Source: the human T2T-CHM13v2.0 reference genome, Homo sapiens. Taken from it: 64,000 nt of DNA. This document shows, piece by piece, positions 41,701 through 56,870 of this stretch. Position 1 is the first letter of the stretch; each line of letters starts with the position of its first letter. The notes beneath the pieces were generated by a model, which ran no database searches, had not been told where the DNA came from, and was given only the letters and a program-made list of their open reading frames with translations. Made by a program: the position numbers and the translations under genes. The DNA is taken from the NCBI RefSeq assembly GCF_009914755.1, contig NC_060940.1, one strand, 5' to 3'.

Positions 41701-42901
41701 AATGCTTCCATTCGTGTCCATTTGATGATTCCATTCATTTCCTATCGATGAAGATTCCATTCAAGTGTATTCGATGATTCCATTCAAATCCATTCGATGA
41801 TGATTCCATTCCAGTCCATTCGATCATTCCACTTGATTCCATTTGATGACTATTCCATTCAAATCCATTTGATGATTCCATTCGATTCCATTCGATGTTA
41901 CCATTCGAGTATATACGATGATTCCACTCTATTCCATTTGATGATTATTCCATTGGAGTCCACTTAGTGAATCCTTTAGATTCTACTCGAAGATGATTCC
42001 ATTCGAGTCCATTCGATGATACCATTCAATTCCATTCGTTGATTCTTCCATTCAAGTGCATTCGATGATATCATTCGATTCCATTTGATGATAATTCCAT
42101 TTGATTCCATGCGATGATTCTATTCGATTCCATTCAATGATAATTCCATTCAATTCAGTGATTCCTCTGGACTCCATTTGATGATGATTCCATTCAATGA
42201 TTCCATTCGATTCTATTCGAAAATGATTCCATTTGAATCCATTTGATGATGATTCCATTGGATTCCATTTGATGATTCCATTCGATTCCATTCGATGATG
42301 ATTCCATTCGATTCCTTTTGATGATTCCATTCTATTGTATTCGATGATGATTCCATTCGATTCCATTCGATGATGATTGGATTCGATTCCATTTGATGAT
42401 TTCATTTGATTCCATTCGATAATGATTTCGATCAATTCCATTCGATGATTCCATTCGATTCCATTCGATAATGATTACGTCCGAGTCCATTCGATGATTC
42501 CATTTGAGCCCATTCAATAATTCCATTTGAGTCCAATCAATGATTCCATTCATTTCCATTCAATGATTCCATTCGAGTCCATTTGATCATTCCGGTAGGG
42601 TCCGTTCGATGTTGATTCCATTGGAGTGCATTCGATGATTCCATTCGCGTCCATTTTAGGATTTGATTCGAGTCCTTTCGATGATTCCATTCGATTCCAC
42701 TCGATGATTTCATTCGAGTCCATTCGACACTTCCAATCGATTCCATTTGATGTTTCCATTCGATTCCAATTGATGATTCCATTCAATTCCATTCGATGAT
42801 GATTCCGTACGATTCCATTCTGTGATGATTCCATGTGATTGCATTCAATGATGATTCCTTTCGATTGCATTCGATTATGATTCATTTCGTGTTCATTCTA
42901 T
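38775..42901 (+). repeat. Variant HOR unit, 4127 bp, carrying the long form of the divergent segment
   Basis: Landmark spacing is 4127. Canonical sequence stops at ~40085 and resumes at ATTATTCCATTGGAGTCCACTTAGTG (~41944). Confidence 0.85.
40085..41940 (+). repeat. Divergent HSat2 segment, long form (~1.86 kb)
   Basis: The first ~900 bp match 34050-34945 at offset 6035. The remaining ~950 bp (TGTTTCTCTTGTATTCC, TATGGCTATCG, TTAGGGTCC, GTTAATGCCTTTCG, GAGTATATACG) appear only once in the window. Confidence 0.85.
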
Positions 42902-45900
42902 GGTTCCACAGGTTTCCATTCAATGATGTTTCCATTCGTGTCCATTCCATTTTTCCATTCTATTCCATTTGAAGATGATTCCATTCGATTCCATTCATTG
43001 GTGATTCCACTCAATTCCATTCAATGATTCCATTCCATTTCTTTCAACAATGATTCCATTAGTTTCTATTCGATGATCCACTTGATTCCATTTGACGATG
43101 ATTCCATTCTTGTCCATTCGATGATTCCATTTGATTCCATATGATGATGATTCCATTCGATTCCATACGATGATGATTCCATTCGAGTCCATTCAATGGT
43201 GATTCCATTCAATTCCATTCGATGATTCCTTTCGATTCCATTCAATGATGATGGCATTCGATTCCTTTCGATCATTCCCTTTGATTCCATTCAAAGGTGA
43301 TTTCATTCAAGTCCATTCGATAATTGCATTCGATTCCATTCTATGATGATTCCATTCGAGTCCATTTGATGATTGCATTCAATTCAAGTCAATGATGATT
43401 TCATTCGATTCCACTCGATGATTCCATTGGATTCCATTCGATGATTCCACTTGATTCCATTTACGATGATTCCATTCGATTCCATGTGATGATTCCATTC
43501 AATTCTATTCAATGATGTTTCCACTTGATTCCATTCGAACATGATTGCCTTTGATTCCATTCAATGATTCCATACGGTTCCATTTGATGATGATTCCATT
43601 CGAGTGCATTAGATGATTCCATTCGAGTCCATTCGATGATTCCATTCGATTCCATTCGATGTTGATTCTGTTCAAATCCATTCGATGATTCCACTCGATT
43701 CCATTCGATGACTTCTTTTGATCCCATTCGATGATTTCCTTTGATTCCCTTTGATGATCATTCCATTTGATTCAATTCGGTGATTTCATTTGATTCCATT
43801 CAGTGATGTTTCCATTCAACTCCTTTCGATGATGATTCCATTCGACTCCATTCGATTATGATTTCATTCAATTCCAATCGATAATGATTCCCTTCAAGTC
43901 CATTCGATGATTCCATTCGATTCCATTCAACGATGATTTGATTCGTGTCCATTCGATGATTCCATTTGATTCCATTTGATGATGATTCCATTCGAGTCCC
44001 TTTGATGATTCCATTCAATTCCATTCTCCGATGATTTCTTTTGAGCCCATTCAATGCTTCCACTCGATTCCATATGATGATGACTCCATTTGATGAAATT
44101 CCATGATGATTCCATTCGCTTGCATTCGATGATGATTCCACTTGAGTCAGTTAGAAGATTCTATTCAATTACATTCCATGACGATTCTGTTCGAGTCCAT
44201 TTGATGATTCCATTAGACTCCATTCGACGATGATTCCATTCGATGTTATTCGATGATGATTCCATTCAACTCCATTCGATGTTTCCATTCGAGTTCATTC
44301 TATTATTCCATTAGATTCCATTCGATGATGATTCCATTCGATTCCATTTGATGATTGCATTCTATTTCATTTGATGATGATTCCATTCGAGTCCATTCGA
44401 TGATTCCATTCGAGTCCATTTAATGAATCCATTGGTTTCAATTCTATGATGATTACATTGGATTCCATTCGTTGATGATTTTATTCGATTCCATTCAATG
44501 ATGATTCCATTCAATTCCATTCAATGATTCCATTCAATTCCATACGATGATGATTCCATTTGATTTGATTCGACAGTGAGCCATTCGATTCAATTCCATG
44601 ATGATTCTATTTGATTCAATTGGTTGACATTTCCATTCGATTCCATTCGATGATGATTCCCTTTGATTCCATTCAAAGATGATTCCATTCTAGCCCATTC
44701 AATCATTCCATTCGATTCTATTCAATGATGATTCCATTCATGTCGATTTGGTGATTCCATTTGACTTCATTTGATGATGATTCCTTTCAAGTTCATTAGA
44801 TGATTCCATTCGATTCCATTTGATGATGATCCCATTCGAGTCCATTTGATGATTCCACTCGTTTCCATTCCATGATGATTCCATTCCATTCCATTCAATG
44901 ATTCCATTCGATTCCGTTTGATGATGATTTCATTCGAGTCCATTTGATGATTCCATTTGATTCCATTCGATGATGATTACATTCGAGTCCATACGATGAT
45001 TCCACTCAATTCCATATGATGATGATTCCATTCGATTCCATTCGATGATTCCATTCTATTCTATTCAATGGTGATTCCATTCGAGTACATTAGATGATTC
45101 CATTCGATTCCATTCAATGATGATTCTATTTGTGTCCCTTAGATGGTTCCACATGATTCCATTTCATGATGATACTATTTGAGCCCATCCAATGATTCCC
45201 TTCGATTCCATTCGATGAGGATTCCATTCGATTCAATTCATTGGTGATTCTATTCAATTCAATTCTTTGATTCCATTCCATTCCATTCGACAATGATTCC
45301 ATTCGATTTCTTTCGATGATTCCACTCGATTCCACTTGACATTGATTCCATTCGATTCCATTCAATGATTCCGTTTGATTCCAGTGGATGATGATTGCCA
45401 TCGATTCCATTCGATCACTCCATTCTATTCCATTTGATGATGATTACATTCGATTCCATTTGATGATTCCATCTGATTCTATTCGAGGATTCCATTTGAT
45501 TCCATTCGATGATGATTCCATTCGAGTCCATTCGATGATTTCATTCGAGTACATCCAATGATTCCATTCGAGTCCATTTGATGATTCCATTTGATTCCAT
45601 TTGATTATGATTCTACTAGAGTCCATTCAATGACTCCATTCGAATCCATTCAACAATTCCATTCGAGGCCATTCGATGATTCCATTTCATGATTCCATTC
45701 GAGTCCATTTAATCATTACAGTCAAGTCCATTTGGTGATTCCACTGGATTTCTTTTGATAATGATACCATTCAATTACATTTGATGATGATCCCATTCAA
45801 TTTCATTTGATGGTGATTCCATTAGAGTCCATTCGATGATTTCATTCGAGTCCCTTCATTGATTCCATCCGATTTCATTGGATGATGACTCCATTCGAGT

Positions 45901-48900
45901 CCATTCGATGATTCCACTCGATTCCATTAGATGGTTCCATTGGAGTCCATTTGATTGTTCCATTCGATTCTATTCGATTCCTTTCGAAGATTATTCCATT
46001 TGAGTCCATTCGATGATGATTCCATTCCATTCCATTCGATGATTCCGTTTGATTCCATTCGATGATTCCCTTCGATTCCTTTCTTTGATGATTCCATTCC
46101 ATTCCATTCAATGATTCCATTCGAATCTATTCCATGATGATTCCTTTCGATTCCATTCGCTGATGTTTCCGTTCAATTCCATTCGATGATGATTCCATTC
46201 GATTCCATTCATTAAGGATTCCATTTGATTCCATTCAATGATGATTCCATTCTATTCCATTCAATGATTGCATTCAATTCCATTCAATGATTATCCCATT
46301 AGAGTAAACTCAACGATTCCATTCAATACCATTTGATGATGATTCCTTTTGAGTCCATTCAATGATTTCATTCAAGTCCATTTGATGATTCCTTTCAATT
46401 CCATTCTATGATGATTCCATTCGAGTCCATTCGATGATTCCATTCGATTGCATTCGATGATTCCATTATATTCCATTCAACGATGATTCCATTCGAGTCC
46501 ATTCGATGATTCCATTAGAGTACATTTAATGATTGCTTTGTTTTCAATTCGAAGATGATTACATTGGATTCCATTCTATGATACCATTCGATTCCATTCA
46601 ATGATGATTCCACTCAAATCCATTGGATGATTCCATTCGTGTCCATTCGGTGATTTCATTAGATTCGATTCGAGGATGATTCCATTCGATTCCATTCGAT
46701 GATGATTCCATTCGAGTCCATTCGATGATTCCATTTGATTCCATATGATGATGATTCCATTCGATTACATACCATGATGATTCCATTCGAGTCCATTCAA
46801 TGGTGATTCCATTCAATTCCATTCGATGATTCCTTTCGATTCCATTCGATGATGATGGCATTCGATTCCTTTCAATCATTCCCTTTGATTCCATTCAAAG
46901 GTGATTTCATTCAAGTCCTTTCGATGATTCCATTTGATTCCACTTGATGATGATTCCATTCGAGTCCATTTGATGATTCCATTCAATTCCATTCTCCGAT
47001 GATTTCTTTTGAGCCCATTCAATGTTTCCACTCGAATCCATAGGATGATGACTCCATTCGATGAAATTCGATGGTGATTCCATTCGCTTGCTTTCGATGA
47101 TGATTCCACTTGAGTCCGTTAGAAGATTCTATTCAATTACATTCCATGACGATTCCGTTCGAGTCCATTTGATGATTCCATTAGACTCCATTCGATGATG
47201 ATTCCATTCGATGTTATTCGATGATTCCATTCGATCTCATTCGTTGATGATTCCATTCAACTCCATTCGATGTTTCCATTCGAATTCATTCTATTATTCC
47301 ATTAGATTCCATTCGATGATGTTTCCATTCGTTTCCATTTGATGATTGCATTCTATTTCATTTGATGATGATTCCATTCGAGTCCACTCGATGATTCCAT
47401 TCGAGTCCATTTAATGAATCCATTGGTTTCAATTCTATGATGATTACATTGGATTCCATTCGTTGATGATTTCATTCGGTTCCATTCAATGATGATTCTA
47501 TTCAATTCCTTTCAATGTTTCCATTCAATTCCATACGATGATGATTCCATTTGATTTGATTCGACAGTGAGCCATTCGATTCAATTCCATGATGATTCTA
47601 TTTGATTCAATTGGTTGACATTTCCACTCGATTCCATTCGATGATGATTCCTTTTGATTCCATTCAAAGAAGATTCCTTTCTAGCCCATTCAATCATTCC
47701 ATTCGACTCTATTCAATGATGATTCCATTCATGTCGATTTGGTGATTCCATTTGACTTCATTTGATGATGATTCCTTTCAAGTTCATTAGAGGATTCCAT
47801 TCGATTCCATTTGATGATGATCCCATTCGAGTCCATTCAGTGATTCCATTCGTTTCCATTCCATGATGATTCCATTCCATTCCATTCAATGATTCCATTC
47901 GATTCCGTTTGATGATGATTTCATTCGAGTCCATTTGATGATTCCATTTGATTCCATTCGATGATGATTCCATTCGAGTCCATTCGATGATTCTATTCGA
48001 ATCTACTTGATGATTTCTTCTGATTATAGTTGGTGATGATTCCATTGGAGTCCATTCAATGATTCCATTCGATTCCAATCGATGGTGATTCCATTAGAGT
48101 CCATTTAATGATTCCATTTGATTCCAGTCTCTGATGATTACATTCGAGTCCATACGATGATTCCACTCAATTCCATATGATGATGATTCCATTCGATTCC
48201 ATTCGATGATTCCATTCTATTCTATTCAATGGTGATTCCATTCGAGTACATTAGATGATTCCATTCGATTCCATTCAATGATGATTCTATTTGTGTCCCT
48301 TAGATGATTCCACATGATTCCATTAGATGATGATACTATTTGAGCCCATCCAATGATTCCCTTCGATTCCATTCGATGAGGATTCCATTCGATTCAATTC
48401 ATTGGTGATTCTATTCAATTCAATTCTTTGATTCCATTAAATTCCATTCGACAATGATTCCATTCGATTTCTTTCGATGATTCCACTCGATTCCACTTGA
48501 CATTGATTCCATTCGATTCCATTCGATGATTCCATTTGATTCCAGTGGATGATGATTGCCATCGATTCCATTCGATCACTCCATTCTATTCCATTTGATG
48601 ATGATTACATTCGATTCCATTTGATGATTCCATCTGATTCTATTCGAGGATTCCATTTGATTCCATTCGATGATGATTCCATTCGATTCCATTCGATGAT
48701 TCCATTACAGTACATTTAATGATTGCTTTGTTTTCAATTCGAAGATGATTACATTGGATTCCATTCTATGATACCATTCGATTCCATTCAATGATGATTC
48801 CACTCAAATCCATTGGATGATTCCATTCGTGTCCATTCGGTGATTTCATTAGATTCCATTCGAGGATGATTCCATTCGATTCCATTCGATGATTCCATTC

Positions 48901-50813
48901 AATTCCATTCGATGATGATTCCATTCCAGTCCATATGATCATTCCATTTGATTTCATTCGATGATGATTCCATTCGATTCCATTCGATGATTCCATTCTA
49001 TTCCATTCGATGATGATTCCATTCGAGTCCATTCGATCATTCCATTCGAGTCCATTTAATGATTCCATTGGGTTCAATTCAATGATGATTACATTGGATT
49101 CCGTTCTATGATTCCATTCAATTCCGTTCATTGACAATTTGATTCCATTCGATGATGACTCCATTTGAGTTCATTCGATGATTCTATTCGATTCTCTTCG
49201 ATGGTGATTCAATTCTATTATATTGGACGATTCCATTCGATTCCATTTGATGTTGATTCAATTCAATTCTATTCGATGATGATTCCATTGGATTTCACTT
49301 GATGATTCTATTCGATTCCATTCAATGATGATTCACTTCTCGTCCATTGGATGGTTCCATTTCATTCCATTCGATGATGATTCCATTCGATGATTCCATT
49401 TGATTCCATTCGACGGTGACCAATTCGATTCAATTCCATGATGATTCTATTTGATTCAATTAGATGATGTTTCCATTCGAATCCATTCCATGATTATTCC
49501 ATTGGAATCCATTCGGCGATGATTCTATATGAGTCAATTCAATGATGATTCCATATGGGTCCGTTCGATGATAATTCCATTTGATTTCATTCGATGCTTC
49601 TATTCAATTCCAGTAGATGATGATTCCGTTGGAGTCCATACGATGATTCCATTTGATTTCATTTGATGATGATTCCATTCGATGATGATTACATTGGATT
49701 CCATTCTATGATTCCATTCAATTCCATTTGTTGATGATTCGATTCCATTCAATGATGATTCCATTTGAGTTCATTCGATGATTCTATTCGATTCCGTTCG
49801 ATGGTGATTCAATTCTATTATATTGGATGATTCCAGTCGATTCCATTTGATGATTATTCCATTGGAGTCCACTTAGTGAATCCTTTAGATTCTACTCGAA
49901 GATGATTCCATTCGAGTCCATTCGATGATACCATTCAATTCCATTCGTTGATGCTTCCATTCAAGTGCATTCGATGATATCATTCGATTCCATTTGATGA
50001 TAATTCCATTTGATTCCATGCGATGATTCTATTCGATTCCATTCAATCATAATTCCATTCAATTCAGTGATTCCTCTGGACTCCATTTGATGATGATTCC
50101 ATTCAATGATTCCATTCGATTCTATTCGAAAATGATTCCATTTGAATCCATTTGATGATGATTCCATTAGATTCCATTTGATGATTCCATTCGATTCCAT
50201 TCGACGATGATTCCATTCGATTCCGTTTGATGATGCCATTCTATTCTATTCGATGATGATTCCATTCGATTCCATTCGATGATGATTGGATTCGATTCCA
50301 TTTGATGATTTCATTTGATTCCATTCGTTAATGATTGCGATCAATTCAATTCGATGATTCCATTCGATTCCATTCGGTAAAGATTGCATCCGAGTCCATT
50401 CGATGATTCCATTTGAGCCTGTTCGATAATTCCATTTGAGTCCAACCAATGATTCCATTCATTTCCATTCAATGATTCCATTCGAGTCCATTTGATCATT
50501 CCGGTAGGGTCCATTCGATGTTGATTCCATTGGAGTGCATTCGATGATTCCATTCGAGTCCATTTTAGGATTTGATTCGAGTCCTTTCGATGATTCCATT
50601 CGATTCCACTCGATGATGATTTCATTCGAGTCCGTTCGACACTTCCAATCGATTCCATTTGATGATTCCATTCGAGTCCAATTGATGATTCCATTCAATT
50701 CCATTCGATGATGATTCCGTACGATTCCATTCTGTGATGATTCCATGTGATTGCATTCAATGATGATTCCTTTCGATTGCATTCGATTATGATTCATTTC
50801 GTGTTCATTCTAT
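42902..50813 (+). repeat. Two HOR units shortened by several deletions (7912 bp total)
   Basis: Small deletions at ~43440, ~43590, ~44250 and ~44975. Large skips at ~46700, ~46915 and ~48690. Confidence 0.8.
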
Positions 50814-53800
50814 GGTTCCACAGGTTTCCATTCGTGTCCATTCCATTATTCCATTCTATTCCATTTGATGATGATTCCATTCGATTCCATTCATTGGTGA
50901 TTCCACTCAATTCCATTCAATGATTCCATTCCATTTCTTTCAACAATGATTCCATTACTTTCTAATCGATGATCCACTTGATTCCATTTGACGACGATTC
51001 CATTCTTGTCCATTCGATGATTCCATTTGATTCCATATGATGATGATTCCATTCGATTCCATACGATGATGATTCCATTCGAGTCCATTCAATGGTGATT
51101 CCATTCAATTCCATTCGATGATTTCTTTCGATTCCATTCGATGATGATGGCATTCGATTCCTTTCAATCATTCCATTTGATTCCATTCAAAGGTGATTTC
51201 ATTCAAGTCCATTCGATAATTGCATTCGATTCCATTCTATGATGATTCCATTCGAGTCCGTTTGATGATTCCATTCAATTCAAGTCAATGATGATTCCAT
51301 TCGATTCCATTCAATGATTCCATTGGATTCCATTCGATGATGATTCCATTCAAATCCATTCGATAATTCAATTCAAGTCCATTCGATGATGATTCCAATC
51401 GAATCCATTCAAAGATTGCATTCAGTTCCATTCGATGATTCCCTTAGATTCCATTCGATGATTCCACTTGATTCCATTTACGATGATTCCATTCGATTCC
51501 ATGTGATGATTCCATTCAATTCTATTCAATGCTGTTTCCATTTGATTCCATTCGACCATGATTGCCTTTAATTCCATTTAATGACTCCATTCGGTTCCTT
51601 TTGATGATGATTCCGTTCGATTCCATTTGATGATTCCATTTGATTCCATTGGATGAGTCCATTCGATTACATTCGATGATTATTCCATTCGAGTGCATTA
51701 GATGATTCCATTCGAGTCCATTCGATGATTCCGTTCGATTCCATTCGATGTTGATTCTGTTCAAATCCATTCGATGATTCCACTCGATTCCATTCGATGA
51801 CTCCAGTTGATCCCATTCGATGATTTCCTTTGATTCCCTTTGATGATCATTCCATTTGATTCAATTCGGTGATTTCATTTGATTCCATTCAGTGACGTTT
51901 CCATTCGACTCCATTCGATGATGATTCCATTCGACTCCATTCGATTATGATTTCATTCTATTCCTTTCGATAATGATTCCCTTCGAGTCCATTCGATGAT
52001 TCCATTCGATTACATTCAACGATGATTTGATTCGTGTCCATTCGATGATTCCATTTGATTCCACTTGATGATGATTCCATTCGAGTCCATTTGATGATTC
52101 CATTCAATTCCATTCTCCGATGATTTCTTTTGAGCCCATTCAATGCTTCCACTCGATTCCATATGATGATGACTCCATTCGATGAAATTCGATGATGATT
52201 CCATTCGCTTGCTTTCGATGATGATTCCACTTGAGTCCGTTAGAAGATTCTATTCAATTACATTCCATGACGATTCCGTTCGAGTCCATTTGATGATTCC
52301 ATTAGACTCCATTCAACGATGATTCCATTCGATGTTATTCGATGATTCCATTCGATCTCATTCGATGATGATTCCATTCAAATCCATTCGATGTTTCCAT
52401 TCGAGTTCATTCTATTATTCCATTAGATTCCATTCGATGATGATTCCATTCGATTCCATTTGATGATTGCATTCTATTTCATTTGATGATGATTCCATTC
52501 GAGTCCACTCGATGATTCCATTCGAGTCCATTTAATGAATCCATTGGTTTCAATTCTATGATGATTACATTGGATTCCATTCGTTGATGATTTCGTTCGG
52601 TTCCATTCAATGATGATTCCATTCAATTCCTTTCAATGTTTCCATTCAATTCCATACGATGATGATTCCATTTCATTTGATTTGACAGTGAGCCATTCGA
52701 TTCAATTCCATGATGATTCTATTTGATTCAATTGGTTGACATTTCCATTCGATTCCATTCGATGATGATTCCCTTTGATTCCATTCAAAGATGATTCCAT
52801 TCTAGCCCATTCAATCATTCCATTCGATTCTATTCAATGATGATTCCATTCATGTCGATTTGGTGATTCCATTTGACTTCATTTGATGATGATTCCTTTC
52901 AAGTTCATTAGATGATTCCATTCGATTCCATTTGATGATGATCCCATTCGAGTCCATTCAGTGATTCCATTCGTTTCCATTCCATGATGATTCCATTCCA
53001 TTCCATTCAATGATTCCATTCGATTCCGTTTGATGATGATTTCATTCGAGTCCATTTGATGATTCCATTTGATTCCATTCGATGATGATTCCATTCGAGT
53101 CCATTCGATGATTCTATTCGAATCCATTTGATGATTTCTTTTGATTATATTTGGTGATGATTCCATTGGAGTCCATTCAATGATTCCATCCGATTCCAAT
53201 CGATGGTGATTCCATTAGAGTCCATTTAATGATTCCATTTGATTCCAGTCTCTGATGATTACATTCGAGTCCATACGATGATTCCACTCAATTCCATATG
53301 ATGATGATTCCATTGGATTCCATTCGATGATTCCATTCTATTCTATTCAATGGTGATTCCATTCGAGTACATTAGATGATTCCATTCGATTCCATTCAAT
53401 GATGATTCTATTTGTGTCCCTTAGATGATTCCACATGATTCCATTAGATGATGATACTATTTGAGCCCATCCAATGATTCCCTTCGATTCCGTTCGATGA
53501 GGATTCCATTCGATTCAATTCATTGGTGATTCTATTCAATTCAATTCTTTGATTCCATTCCATTCCATTCGACAATGATTCCATTCGATTTCTTTCGATG
53601 ATTCCACTCGATTCCACTTGACATTGATTCCATTCGATTCCATTCAATGATTCCATTTGATTCCAGTGGATGATGATTGCCATCGATTCCATTCGATCAC
53701 TCCATTCTATTCCATTTGATGATGATTACATTCGATTCCATTTGATGATTCCATCTGATTCTATTCGAGGATTCCATTTGATTCCATTCGATGATGATTC

Positions 53801-56800
53801 CATTCGAGTCCATTCGATGATTTCATTCGAGTACATCCAATGATTCCATTCGAGTCCATTAGATGATTCCATTTGATTCCATTTGATTATGATTCTACTA
53901 GAGTCCACTCAATGACTCCATTCGAGTCCATTCAACAATTCCATTCGAGTCCATTCGATGATTCCATTCGATTCCATTTGATGATTCCATTCGAGTCCAT
54001 TTAATCATTACAGTCGAGTCCATTTGGTGATTCCACTGGATTTCTTTTGATAATGATACCATTCAATTACATTTGATGATGATCCCATTCAATTTCATTT
54101 GATGATGATTCCATTAGATTCCATTCGATGATTTCATTCGAGTCCCTTCATTGATTCCATCCGATTTCATTGGATGATGACTCCATTCGAGTCCATTCGA
54201 TGATTCCACTCGATTCCATTAGATGATTCCATTGGAGTCCATTTGATTGTTCCATTCGATTCCATTAGATTCCTTTCGAAGATTATTCCATTTGAGTCCA
54301 TTCGATGATGATTCCATTCCATTCCATTCGATGATTCCGTTTGATTCCATTCGATGATTCCCTTCGATTCCTTTCTTTGATGATTCCATTCCATTCCATT
54401 CAATGATTCCATTCGAATCTATTCCATGATGATTCCTTTCGATTCCATTCGCTGATGTTTCCGTTCAATTCCATTCGATGATGATTCCATTCGATTCCAT
54501 TCATTGAGGATTCCATTTGATTCCATTCAATGATGATTCCATTCTATTCCATTCAAAGATTGCATTCAATTCCATTCAATGGTTATCCCATTAGAGTAAA
54601 CTCAACGATTCCATTCAATACCATTCGATGATGATTCCTTTTGAGTCCATTCAATGATTTCATTCAAGTCCATTTGATGATTCCTTTCAATTCCATTCTA
54701 TGATGATTCCATTCGAGTCCATTCGATGATTCCATTCGATTGCATTCGATGATTCCATTATATTCCATTCAACGATGATTCCATTCGAGTTCATTCGATG
54801 ATTCCATTAGAGTACATTTAATGATTGCTTTGTTTTCAATTCGAAGATGATTACATTCGATTCCATTCTATGATACCATTCGATTCCATTCAATGATGAT
54901 TCCACTCAAATCCATTGGATGATTCCATTCGTGTCCATTCGGTGATTTCATTAGATTCCATTCGAGGATGATTCCATTCGATTCCATTCGATGATTCCAT
55001 TCAATTCCATTCGATGATGATTCCATTCGAGTCCATATGATCATTCCATTTGATTTCATTCGATGATGATTCCATTCGATTCCATTCGATGATTCCATTC
55101 TATTCCATTCGATGATGATTCCATTCGAGTCCATTCGATGATTCCATTCGAGTCCAGTTAATGATTCCATTGGGTTCAATTCAATGATGATTACATTGGA
55201 TTCCGTTCTATGATTCCATTCAATTCCGTTCATTGACAATTTGATTCCATTCGATGATGATTCCATTTGAGTTCATTCGATGATTCTATTCGATTCTCTT
55301 CGATGGTGATTCAATTCTATTATATTGGATGATTCCATTCGATTCCATTTGATGTTGATTCAATTCGATTCTATTCGATGATGATTCCATTGGATTTCAC
55401 TTGATGATTCTATTCGATTCCATTCAATGATGATTCACTTCTCGTCCATTGGATGATTCCATTTCATTCCATTCGATGATGATTCCATTCGATTCCATTC
55501 GATGATTCCATTTGATTCCATTCGACGGTGAGCAATTCGATTCAATTCCATGATGATTCTATTTGATTCAATTAGATGATGTTTCCATTCGAATCCATTC
55601 CATGATTATTCCATTGGAATCCATTCGGCGATGATTCCATATGAGTCAATTCAATGATGATTCCATATGGGTCCGTTCGATGATAATTCCATTTGATTTC
55701 ATTCGATGCTTCTATTCAATTCCAGTCGATGATGATTCCGTTGGAGTCCATACGATGATTCCATTTGATTTCATTTGATGATGATTCCATTCGATTCCAT
55801 TCGATGATGATTACATTGGATTCCATTCTATGATTCCATTCAATTCCATTCGTTGATGATTCGATTCCATTCAATGATGATTCCATTTGAGTTCATTCGA
55901 TGATTCTATTCGATTCCGTTCGATGGTGATTCAATTCTCTTATATTAGATGATTCCACTCGATTCCATTTGATGATTATTCCATTGGAGTCCACTTAGTG
56001 AATCCTTTAGATTCTACTCGAAGATGATTCCATTTGAGTCCATTCGATGATACCATTCAATTCCATTCGTTGATGCTTCCATTCAAGTGCATTCGATGAT
56101 ATCATTCGATTCCATTTGATTCCATGCGATGATTCTATTCGATTCCATTCAATGATAATTCCATTCAATTCAGTGATTCCTCTAGACTCCATTTGATGAT
56201 GATTCCATTCAATGATTCCATTCGATTCTATTCGAAAATGATTCCATTTGAATCCATTAGATGACGATTCCATTCCATTCCATTTGATGATTCCATTCTA
56301 TTCTATTCGATGATGATTCCATTCGATTCCATTCGATGATGATTGGATTCGATTCCATTTGATGATTTCATTTGATTCCATTCGTTAATGATTTCGATCA
56401 ATTCCATTCGATGATTCCATTCGATTCCATTCGATAATGATTACATCCGAGTACATTCGATGATTCCATTTGAGCCTGTTCGATAATTCCATTTGAGTCC
56501 AACCAATGATTCCATTCATTTCCATTCAATGACTCCTTTCGAGTCCATTTGATCATTCCGGTAGGGTCCATTCGATGTTGATTCCATTGGAGTGCATTCG
56601 ATGATTCCATTCGAGTCCATTTTAGGATTTGATTCGAGTCCTTGCGATGATTCCATTCGATTCCACTCGATGATGATTTCATTCGAGTCCATTCGACACT
56701 TCCAATCGTTTCCATTTGATGATTCCATTCGAGTCCAATTGATGATTCCATTCAATTCCATTCGATGATGATTCCGTACGATTCCATTCTGTGATGATTC

Positions 56801-56870
56801 CATGTGATTGCATTCAATGATGATTCCTTTCGATTGCATTCGATTATGATTCATTTCGTGTTCATTCTAT
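50814..56870 (+). repeat. Complete HOR unit, 6057 bp
   Basis: Landmark spacing is 6057, with the full landmark order present. Confidence 0.92.

Noticed and set aside
40985-41940. Possible transposon or unique-sequence insertion
   Set aside because: The sequence remains CATTC/GATGAT-derived. I saw no poly(A) tail, target-site duplication or Alu/L1/LTR similarity.
4850-46580. A strict 41.7-kb tandem super-HOR
   Set aside because: 1-4850 does not match 41727-46576 in structure, and variant sharing ends near 18.85/60.6 kb. Only a block duplication is supported.
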